In this document: piece after piece, positions 31,660 to 38,684 of the stretch
Layout of the letters: the number at the start of each line of letters is the position of its first letter
Numbering within the stretch: the stretch's first letter is position 1
NCBI GenBank assembly: GCA_964642015.1
Contig: CAZXLF010000002.1
Span: forward strand, 223,678 to 287,677
Source of the DNA: an uncultured Planctomycetia bacterium
GTDB taxonomy: Bacteria > Omnitrophota > Gorgyraeia > 2-02-FULL-51-18
Length of the DNA: 64,000 nucleotides
Reading direction: 5' to 3'
The notes under the pieces: model-generated
The model's input: only the letters and a program-made list of their open reading frames with translations
Database searches by the model: none
Told to the model about the DNA's origin: nothing
Made by a program: the position numbers and the translations under genes

Positions 31660-32478
31660 ATGGGGGTCCTGAATGTGACCCCCGATTCTTTTAGTGACGG
31701 CGGATGTTTTATAGACCCAGGCGCTGCAGAGGCGCATGCGGTTCGAATGGCCGAAGAGGGCGCACATCTGATCGATGTTGGCGGAGAATCGTCGCGACCG
31801 GGTTCAATTCCGCTTCTAGCCCGCGAAGAAATAAACAGATTGCGCCCGGTTCTGAAACGATTATCGCGTACGATCCAAATCCCTATATCCGTTGATACCT
31901 ATAAGCATCAAGTTGCTCAGATGGCCTTGGATGAGGGAGCATCGATCATCAACGATATTTATGCGTTGCGCGGTAATAAACGCTTGGCAAAAATGATCGC
32001 CAGATATAAAGCGGGAGTCGTTCTGATGCACATGCAAGGCCATCCCCAAACGATGCAGATAAAGCCTCAATACAAGAATCTTTTTGCTGAAATTAGCTCT
32101 TATTTAGCCGATGCAGCGGGAACTGCTCTTGACGCTGGCGTTGATCGCTCAAACATTATTATCGATCCAGGTTTCGGTTTTGGTAAGACAACAGCCCAAA
32201 ATATGGAGATCCTGAGCGGTCTCAACCGTTTTTTAAAATTAAAGCTTCCCATCCTCGTCGGTTTATCGCGGAAATCTTTCATCGGCAATGTGATCGGAGC
32301 ACCAGTCTCTGAGAGGCTCTACGGATCTTTGGCTGCCGCAGTGATTGCTATTCACAAAGGAGCTCATATTTTAAGAGTCCATGATGTTCTGCCTCATAAG
32401 CATGTCGCAACATTAGCCGATGCCGCCTGTTCCCAACCTCATACTAAAAAAACAAGGATTTTAGAGCATGCATTTTGA
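31660..32478 (+). CDS. folP: Dihydropteroate synthase
   Basis: MGVLNVTPDSFSDGG pterin-binding signature. ORF is open upstream into the ftsH 3' end, so an alternative TTG start at 31582 is possible. Conserved ftsH-folP adjacency. Confidence 0.9.
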   Translation: MGVLNVTPDSFSDGGCFIDPGAAEAHAVRMAEEGAHLIDVGGESSRPGSIPLLAREEINRLRPVLKRLSRTIQIPISVDTYKHQVAQMALDEGASIINDIYALRGNKRLAKMIARYKAGVVLMHMQGHPQTMQIKPQYKNLFAEISSYLADAAGTALDAGVDRSNIIIDPGFGFGKTTAQNMEILSGLNRFLKLKLPILVGLSRKSFIGNVIGAPVSERLYGSLAAAVIAIHKGAHILRVHDVLPHKHVATLADAACSQPHTKKTRILEHAF

Positions 32479-33283
32479 TCAGGCCATGGCCATTCAAATC
32501 CTCAAGGCCTATTGGCGGCCGGTAATTGAGATCGGTGTGTTCTGGTTTGCTTATTATTTGTTGTTCGTGTATATCAAAGACAGCGGAATGGTGCAGGCCT
32601 TAAAAGGCCTTGTGTTCATCGTTGTGGTTTTTTTTGCGGCCGAGATCTTCGAATTTAAATCCATCCGCTGGGTACTTTCTCATTTATTCCAGATCTCTAT
32701 CATAGGTTTTTTCATCATTTTCCAATCGGAGTTGAGACGTGGCTTGACGCGTATCGGTCAAAGCCCGCTATTCAAACTGTTCCTCAAAGAAGAGCGGCTT
32801 GTCGATGAGATTGTGAAGGCGGTCATTTCAATGTCGAAAAATAAGATCGGTGCGTTGATAGCCATAGAGAAAGAGATTAATTTGAAGCCGTATATTGAAA
32901 GCGGCATCGCGCTTGACGGCGTTTTAACATCCGAACTTTTATTTACGATATTCATGCCCAACACCCCGTTTCATGACGGCGGCGTTGTGATCCATGGCGG
33001 ACGCGTTGTTGCAGTAGGCTGTCTCTTCCCGCTTTCTCAAAGCCAAAAACTTTCTAAGACGCTCGGCACGCGGCATAGAGCAGGTTTGGGTCTAAGCGAA
33101 GAAACAGATGCGTTGGTGATTGTCGTGTCTGAGGAAACGGGGATCATTTCGGTGATGAGCCAGGCTAAGATCACTCGGGATATAGATGAAGAAAGGCTCA
33201 GGAACTATCTTCTGGAACTTTATCAGCCTCAAAAGGCGAATTCAAAGAATAAAAAATTCCTGTTCAGAAAGGAGCGCGCGTGA
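32468..33283 (+). CDS. cdaA: Diadenylate cyclase CdaA (c-di-AMP synthase)
   Basis: Three N-terminal TM helices plus a DAC domain with HDGG and GTRHRAGLG (RHR) motifs. Confidence 0.9.
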   Translation: MHFDQAMAIQILKAYWRPVIEIGVFWFAYYLLFVYIKDSGMVQALKGLVFIVVVFFAAEIFEFKSIRWVLSHLFQISIIGFFIIFQSELRRGLTRIGQSPLFKLFLKEERLVDEIVKAVISMSKNKIGALIAIEKEINLKPYIESGIALDGVLTSELLFTIFMPNTPFHDGGVVIHGGRVVAVGCLFPLSQSQKLSKTLGTRHRAGLGLSEETDALVIVVSEETGIISVMSQAKITRDIDEERLRNYLLELYQPQKANSKNKKFLFRKERA

Positions 33284-33732
33284 ATTTACTGAAAGGTTCC
33301 TGGGCGCTAAAAATTGCGGCTTTGATCTCGGCGATCCTAACGTATTTTTATATCATGGGTGAGATCAATAGCACCGAAAAAGAAAAGAAAGTCTCAGACC
33401 CTTCTTATAAACTGATCAAACTTACTGCTAAAGACCTTCCCGTAAAAGTCAGGCTGGCGACGGCCCCTCCGGATGGTTACAAGCTTCTAGCGGATGAAGT
33501 TTCTACCAATCCGGCTCGTGTGGTTGTTGTGGGTCCTGAGGCATTGCTGGAGGAAGCATCAGTTGCTGAAACAGCGCTTGTTGATATCAGTGAAAACACC
33601 AAAACAACGACCCGGAAAATTCCTTTGGAAAGCGTTGCCGGCATTCCGCTGGCAGGATCACCCTATACAGTGGATGTAACGGTGCCGCTTGAAAAAATTG
33701 TCGAAAAACCCCCCGTCGAAGAAAAAAAATAA
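33280..33732 (+). CDS. cdaR: CdaA regulatory protein CdaR-like (short, YbbR-like)
   Basis: N-terminal TM anchor plus a YbbR-like beta-rich segment. Immediately downstream of cdaA with a 4-nt overlap, the canonical cdaA-cdaR pairing. Confidence 0.6.
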   Translation: MNLLKGSWALKIAALISAILTYFYIMGEINSTEKEKKVSDPSYKLIKLTAKDLPVKVRLATAPPDGYKLLADEVSTNPARVVVVGPEALLEEASVAETALVDISENTKTTTRKIPLESVAGIPLAGSPYTVDVTVPLEKIVEKPPVEEKK

Positions 33733-33750
33733 TCACATCTGGAGAATTAC

Positions 33751-34467
33751 TTGATGAAATTGGGAGTTAATGTCGATCATGTCGCTACTTTGCGGCAGGC
33801 TCGCCGAGGTAAAGAGCCCGATCCCGTAAATGCCGCTAAAATTTGCGAAAAAGTAGGAGCGCATTCGATTGTCATGCATTTAAGGGAGGATAGAAGACAT
33901 ATCCAGGATTCAGATCTTTTTAAGGTCAAAAAGGTTTTGAAGATCAAGCTGAATTTGGAAATGTCATTAGCACCTTCTATTGTAAAGATTGCTGCCGAAC
34001 TTCGGCCGGATCAGGTGACTTTAGTGCCAGAAAAAAGGGAAGAGATGACGACGGAAAGCGGTTTGAATCTTTTGAGTGAAAAAAGCCGGCTTGTGCGCTG
34101 TATGGAGATTTTTCGCAAGAAAAAGATAGAGGTCAGCTGTTTTATCGATCCGGATCCGAAGCAGATCGCTATGGCAAAAAAGATAGGAGCTGATGCAGTC
34201 GAGTTTCATACTGGTACTTATTCCGAGCAGAGAAGTGCGCAGGGAACGAGGAGGGAACTGGATCGTCTTAAGAAGGCCGTGAGGCTTGCTCAAGATGCGG
34301 GGCTTGATGCGCATGCCGGTCATGGACTTGATTATAAAAATGTCATCGCGGTCACCAAGATCAAAGGCATCGATGAGCTCAATATCGGCTATTCGATCGT
34401 GATACGGGCTCTCTGGGTTGGTTTTGAAAATGCCGTCAAAGAGATGATGGAACTTATCAAGAGATGA
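33751..34467 (+). CDS. pdxJ: Pyridoxine 5'-phosphate synthase
   Basis: MKLGVNVDHVATLRQARRGKEPDPV... canonical PdxJ N-terminus; 238 aa TIM barrel. Confidence 0.92.
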   Translation: MMKLGVNVDHVATLRQARRGKEPDPVNAAKICEKVGAHSIVMHLREDRRHIQDSDLFKVKKVLKIKLNLEMSLAPSIVKIAAELRPDQVTLVPEKREEMTTESGLNLLSEKSRLVRCMEIFRKKKIEVSCFIDPDPKQIAMAKKIGADAVEFHTGTYSEQRSAQGTRRELDRLKKAVRLAQDAGLDAHAGHGLDYKNVIAVTKIKGIDELNIGYSIVIRALWVGFENAVKEMMELIKR

Positions 34468-34871
34468 AAAAAAATTCGGCGAAAAAAAGAGCTACGCAGG
34501 CGATCGGGATAGACATCGTTGAGATCAAACGGTTAAGCCGGGTCAGTAAGCGTTGGGGAGAAGGCTTTTTGAATAAAGTTTATACAAAGCGGGAATTGGC
34601 CTACGCAAATTCTAAGAGATTTCCTTACCAACATTTAGCGGCACGTTTTGCCGCGAAGGAAGCGATTTTCAAGGCGCTTGGTGAAGTTGAGAGAAATTTC
34701 GTTGGTTGGAAAAATGTGGAGATATTGAATGACGCTTATGGAAAGCCTATCGTGAGATGGCATGGCGACGCCGAAAAAGTAAGAAGAAAAAGGAAATTAA
34801 AAGACGTGGTCGTTAGTCTTTCGCACACGGAAAATTACGCCGTGGCCAGCGCAATGCTTCTTTTTAAATGA
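34464..34871 (+). CDS. acpS: Holo-[acyl-carrier-protein] synthase
   Basis: IGIDIVEIKR motif, 135 aa. pdxJ-acpS adjacency is conserved. Confidence 0.9.
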   Translation: MKKNSAKKRATQAIGIDIVEIKRLSRVSKRWGEGFLNKVYTKRELAYANSKRFPYQHLAARFAAKEAIFKALGEVERNFVGWKNVEILNDAYGKPIVRWHGDAEKVRRKRKLKDVVVSLSHTENYAVASAMLLFK

Positions 34872-35731
34872 GATCTTCACTGCCTCCCAAAAACTTCCCT
34901 TTATTACCTAGAAAAAAGGGTTCAGATAAAAGCTGTTTCGGGCACGCGTTGATCCTTGCCGGTTCACGTGGTTTGACAGGCGCCATGATTTTGGCTTCGC
35001 GTGCAGCGCTTGAATCAGGCAGCGGTCTTGTGACGTTGGGCCTTGCCGAAAGCCTGCTTCCAATCGCCGCAAAAAGCATTCCCGAAGTCATGCAATTGCC
35101 GCTAAAAGAAACAAAAGAAGCATCACCGCGATTTTCTGCTTATTCGGCAATAAAAAATTTCATTGATAAAAGAAGGGCCAATGGTCTTTTGATAGGCCCG
35201 GGCCTTTCACAAAATACCGAAACGCAAAAGCTGGTCAGAAAATTGGTCCGTTCGATTTCAGTGACGACAATATTGGATGCAGATGGGATCAATAGTTTTA
35301 AAAGAAAGCGTAAAGAAATTTTATCCCACAAGGGAAAGCTTGTCATCACTCCTCACAAGAAGGAATTTGAGCGTCTTTTCTCGGAAAAATGGCCGGAAAA
35401 TAAAGATCAGCGTATCAAACTTGCAAAAAAACTTTCTAAGTTCTATGATGTGGTGCTTGTCATGAAAGGAAGAGGCACGCTTGTTGTTCACCATGACCGT
35501 TGTTATGTGAATTCAACAGGCAATCCCGGTATGGCCAAAGGCGGATCGGGAGACGTGCTTGCGGGGATCATTACAGCATTTGTTTGCCAGAGGTTAGAAC
35601 CTTTTGAAGCGGCCTGCTGGGCGGTTTATTTTCACGGAAAGGCAGCTGATCTGGCTGTTAAAGAACGCGGTGAGCTCAGCCTTATAGCGAGCGATATCAT
35701 TCGTTTTTTGCCAAAAGCGTTTAAGAAGTAA
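34868..35731 (+). CDS. nnrD: ADP-dependent (S)-NAD(P)H-hydrate dehydratase (YjeF C-terminal domain)
   Basis: Ribokinase-like fold with GGSGDVLAGII motif; 287 aa. Confidence 0.85.
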   Translation: MRSSLPPKNFPLLPRKKGSDKSCFGHALILAGSRGLTGAMILASRAALESGSGLVTLGLAESLLPIAAKSIPEVMQLPLKETKEASPRFSAYSAIKNFIDKRRANGLLIGPGLSQNTETQKLVRKLVRSISVTTILDADGINSFKRKRKEILSHKGKLVITPHKKEFERLFSEKWPENKDQRIKLAKKLSKFYDVVLVMKGRGTLVVHHDRCYVNSTGNPGMAKGGSGDVLAGIITAFVCQRLEPFEAACWAVYFHGKAADLAVKERGELSLIASDIIRFLPKAFKK

Positions 35732-35745
35732 TTATACGGATTTTT

Positions 35746-35818
35746 GCTAGCGTAGCTCAGTTGGTAGAGCAGCCGCCTTGTAAGCGGCAGGTCGCCAGTT
35801 CAATTCTGGCCGCTAGCT
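35746..35818 (+). tRNA. tRNA-Thr (anticodon UGU)
   Basis: Acceptor GCTAGCG/CGCTAGC, anticodon stem GCCGC/GCGGC, loop CUUGUAA, T-arm GCCAG-TTCAATT-CTGGC. No encoded CCA. Confidence 0.9.
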
Positions 35819-35832
35819 CGGATTAAAAATTC

Positions 35833-35917
35833 GGGCAGGTAGCGAAGCGGTCAAACGCAACAGACTGTAAATCTGTCGGCTATGCCTTCGAAGGTTCGAA
35901 TCCTTCCCTGCCCACCA
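35833..35917 (+). tRNA. tRNA-Tyr (anticodon GUA), long variable arm
   Basis: Acceptor GGGCAGG/CCTGCCC, anticodon stem ACAGA/TCTGT, loop CUGUAAA, long variable arm, T-arm GAAGG-TTCGAAT-CCTTC, encoded CCA. Confidence 0.9.
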
Positions 35918-36039
35918 TATTTTTGTATTAGTGGGTCTTCGAGGATTCGAAGAGAGCCGCGTGTTATGAGCTGCGACGCTCAGGAGCAGTGAATGTGGCG
36001 ACTGGCCGACCCGAAGCGGACATGCAATGCCGCAAAGGG

Positions 36040-36060
36040 CGCCGAATCCTTCCCTGCCCA
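36040..36060 (+). repeat. 21-nt direct repeat of the tRNA-Tyr 3' end (CGAATCCTTCCCTGCCCACCA), partial tRNA copy
   Basis: Exact copy of nt 35897-35917 (tRNA-Tyr T-loop/acceptor 3' strand plus CCA), 122 bp downstream of the intact gene. Lacks the 5' half, so it is not a functional tRNA. Confidence 0.8.
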
Positions 36061-36122
36061 CCATTAATAGAAAATATAAAGTTGCAGGACGCATGGTTTA
36101 AAGACAAACAAAAGGAGACAAA

Positions 36123-37100
36123 ATGAAAAAGATAACCTTATCTTTATTTTTGATCAGCGCAGCTTCGATATTGTCTATATCGCAGGCATCCGCTCAGGCG
36201 GGTTCTCCTGCGGCCGGACAAACTCAATGGCAGAGTCTAAAAGACTTTACCGAACAGGAATATGGTTATTTCAAGACAAAAAGTGAAGAGATCGCGCTCC
36301 TTGATAAACAATTACAGTCTTTAGATGAAGATGCAAAGAAACTTCCGGGAGAACAGGAGAAAAAGCAGGTCTGGATACAAATGTCCCCCGTATTAAGTAA
36401 GAAAAAAGAGATCATGTCCGAAGTAGCTGCGCGTGATAACGAATCGAAAAAGAAGCTGATGGAAATGCTTCAAGCAAGTTCGCAGACAGGGGATCAAAAT
36501 GGAGTTAATGAAGCTCAAGGCGTTGGCGCCGAGCAAGGGTCCTCCGGTCCAGCGGAAAGCGGAGATCAAAAAGCGCCCTCAATGATGCAGCGTCTAAGTC
36601 AGACGATGGGCGGAGGAGCCAAGTTGCAGGGAGCCCAGCAACCGAGTTCTGCGCAACAGCGTCCAACAAAGGATCCGCAGCAGATAAAGGCGTTCCAGGC
36701 GGAGATCCAAATGCAGCGTCAGGAATTCGAAAAGAAGCTGAAAGAAATACCCGCTGGGCCCAAGGAACAGGCTCAGAGAGATTTGAATGACCAGATCAAA
36801 AAGGAGACAGAAGACTTCCAGAAGGATCTGAAGGCAATGCCTCCTGATCCTAAAGAAGACATGCAGAAAGAGTTTCAGGAAAGAGTTGCAAAGGATAAAA
36901 AAGAACTGGATGAAAAGATAAAATCGATGCCGCTCGGACCCAAAGAGGTAAAACAGCAGGAATTTAATAAGCATATCGGTGAGTTGAGAAAAGCATTCGC
37001 AGAAAAGATCAAATCAATGCCTCCTGATCCGAGAGAATCTGCACAAAAAGAATTTGAAGCTTCGATTCAAAACAAGATAAAAGAGTTCATGAATAGCTAG
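36123..37100 (+). CDS. Secreted low-complexity tandem-repeat protein (hypothetical)
   Basis: Signal peptide MKKITLSLFLISAASILSISQASA. Q/K/E-rich. C-terminal half carries 4 degenerate ~30-aa repeats with the motif K(A/S)MPPDPKE-x-QKEF. RBS AAGGAGAC. Confidence 0.65.
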   Translation: MKKITLSLFLISAASILSISQASAQAGSPAAGQTQWQSLKDFTEQEYGYFKTKSEEIALLDKQLQSLDEDAKKLPGEQEKKQVWIQMSPVLSKKKEIMSEVAARDNESKKKLMEMLQASSQTGDQNGVNEAQGVGAEQGSSGPAESGDQKAPSMMQRLSQTMGGGAKLQGAQQPSSAQQRPTKDPQQIKAFQAEIQMQRQEFEKKLKEIPAGPKEQAQRDLNDQIKKETEDFQKDLKAMPPDPKEDMQKEFQERVAKDKKELDEKIKSMPLGPKEVKQQEFNKHIGELRKAFAEKIKSMPPDPRESAQKEFEASIQNKIKEFMNS

Positions 37101-37114
37101 TTTCGCGCGGTTCA

Positions 37115-37567
37115 ATGCGTTTATGGAGCATTCACCCTTGTTATCTTGATGCTAAGGGGTTAGTTGCGCTTTGGCGGGAAGCGTTGCTTGCTAGAAAAGT
37201 TTTAGCTGGAAAAACACGCAGCTATCAATATCACCCTCAGCTTATCCGATTTAAGAAGCATTCCAACCCCAAAACTGCTATCGCGGCCTATCTTTATGTG
37301 ATCCGAAAAGAAGCCCAAAAGCGCGGATATTCTTTTAAATCCATTAGGAAAAGTAAAACCGTACGGATGATCCCAGTGACTCGGGGACAGTTGAGGTATG
37401 AATTCAAATGGTTAATGCATAAACTGAGAACAAGGGACCCTTTGAAACACAAGGAATTATTGAAAATTAAAAATATTAAGCCGCACCCTCTTTTTAAAGT
37501 TGTCTCGGGTATAGTAGAAGATTGGGAGAAGAGGAATAAGATATTATCAGGCCAGAAAGCCGCTTGA
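37115..37567 (+). CDS. Putative pyrimidine-dimer DNA glycosylase (T4 endonuclease V / Pyr_excise-like)
   Basis: N-terminus MRLWSIHPCYLDAKGLVALWREALLA aligns with the T4 endoV catalytic region (LMAEYRELPRV; the conserved RE contains the catalytic Glu). Small basic 150-aa protein. Confidence 0.55.
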   Translation: MRLWSIHPCYLDAKGLVALWREALLARKVLAGKTRSYQYHPQLIRFKKHSNPKTAIAAYLYVIRKEAQKRGYSFKSIRKSKTVRMIPVTRGQLRYEFKWLMHKLRTRDPLKHKELLKIKNIKPHPLFKVVSGIVEDWEKRNKILSGQKAA

Positions 37568-37620
37568 GAATGTGGAGATCTTCTGGTAGATTATGTGGCG
37601 TTGCGGATTGTTCGTCTTTC

Positions 37621-37694
37621 GCGGGTGTAGTTCAATGGTAGAATCCGAGTTTTCCAAACTCGTTACGCGGGTTCGATTCCCGCCACCCGCTCCA
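37621..37694 (+). tRNA. tRNA-Gly (anticodon UCC)
   Basis: Acceptor GCGGGTG/CACCCGC, anticodon stem CGAGT/ACTCG, loop UUUCCAA, T-arm GCGGG-TTCGATT-CCCGC, encoded CCA. Confidence 0.9.
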
Positions 37695-37729
37695 TTTTAT
37701 ACTGACCACACATCATCTCGGCTTTAATT

Positions 37730-38413
37730 ATGGAAAAAATAAAAAACAGCATTGCTGCAATTTTTGTTAAAGCAGGTTTCAGCGCAAATTTTCTGACGAT
37801 TCTAGGATTGCTTTGCGCGTTTTTTTCGGCTGTCCTTATATATAAAGGAAAGTTCCTTTGGGCTGGGACCATGGTTATGCTATCAGGCTGTCTGGATCTT
37901 ATGGATGGGGCAGTTGCGCGTTTGTCCAAGACCTCAAATTCCTTTGGCGCAATATTAGACTCTTCGCTAGACCGATACGGAGATGGGTTTATATTCGCGG
38001 GCTTATTTTTCTTCTGTGTACGCCACAATCATTATATGCATGCAATGTTGGCGGTTAGTGCTTGGCTCGGTTCCTTTTTGATCAGCTATGTGCGTGCGCG
38101 CGCCGAATGCTTGATCTCAAAATGCCGCGTGGGCTTCTGGGAAAGAGGCGAGAGAATGGTGTATATTGCTCTCGGCTTGTTGTTTAACAACATCGCTTTG
38201 GTTCTTTGGGTATTGGCCTTTGCTACGCATGGCACAGCATTTTTAAGACTTGTGTATGCCAAGAAAGAAACAGGGTCGGCCGGTTATTGGGAAAAGCATA
38301 GATCGACTATTTTAGACTTTATTTTTCAGCCGCAGGGAAGGGTGTGTGGGGCCTATTTTTTTAAAATAACAGCTCTTTTTTTGGCAGTGCTTTTGGTACG
38401 CATTCCCTTATAA
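37730..38413 (+). CDS. CDP-alcohol phosphatidyltransferase family protein (candidate phosphatidylinositol-phosphate/phosphatidylglycerophosphate synthase)
   Basis: Signature D-x2-DG-x2-AR...G-x3-D-x3-D (DLMDGAVARLSKTSNSFGAILDSSLDRYGD) in a multi-TM protein of 227 aa. Confidence 0.8.
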   Translation: MEKIKNSIAAIFVKAGFSANFLTILGLLCAFFSAVLIYKGKFLWAGTMVMLSGCLDLMDGAVARLSKTSNSFGAILDSSLDRYGDGFIFAGLFFFCVRHNHYMHAMLAVSAWLGSFLISYVRARAECLISKCRVGFWERGERMVYIALGLLFNNIALVLWVLAFATHGTAFLRLVYAKKETGSAGYWEKHRSTILDFIFQPQGRVCGAYFFKITALFLAVLLVRIPL

Positions 38414-38422
38414 GAAAAAATC

Positions 38423-38450
38423 TTGACAGTATTCAAAAAATCATTATAAT
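38423..38450 (+). promoter_or_regulatory. Strong sigma-70-like promoter for the tRNA-Thr-tuf-rpmG operon
   Basis: Consensus TTGACA, 16-nt spacer, consensus TATAAT. About 95 nt upstream of tRNA-Thr(GGU), analogous to the E. coli thrT-tufB promoter. Confidence 0.65.
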
Positions 38451-38544
38451 TAGCGCACGTTATTAGATTCGGGTGATTTCTGTATTCGAAGTCATGTTTT
38501 AAATCAGCTCAGATGGACATGGGTTTGCAATTCGGTGCTCTTGC

Positions 38545-38620
38545 GCTGCAGTAGCTCAGTTGGTAGAGCACGTGCATGGTAAGCACGAGGTCATCGGTTC
38601 AATCCCGATCTGCAGCTCCA
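38545..38620 (+). tRNA. tRNA-Thr (anticodon GGU)
   Basis: Acceptor GCTGCAG/CTGCAGC, anticodon stem CGTGC/GCACG, loop AUGGUAA, T-arm ATCGG-TTCAATC-CCGAT, encoded CCA. Confidence 0.9.
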
Positions 38621-38684
38621 TTTTTTGTGTTTGTTGCTATAATAATATTAAATAAGCTGGGGCTATCTTAAGGGGGAAAGGTAA

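Noticed and set aside
35813-36094. 93-aa minus-strand ORF spanning tRNA-Tyr and the repeat spacer.
   Set aside because: It runs antisense through a canonical tRNA. The region is better explained as tRNA plus a non-coding att-like scar.
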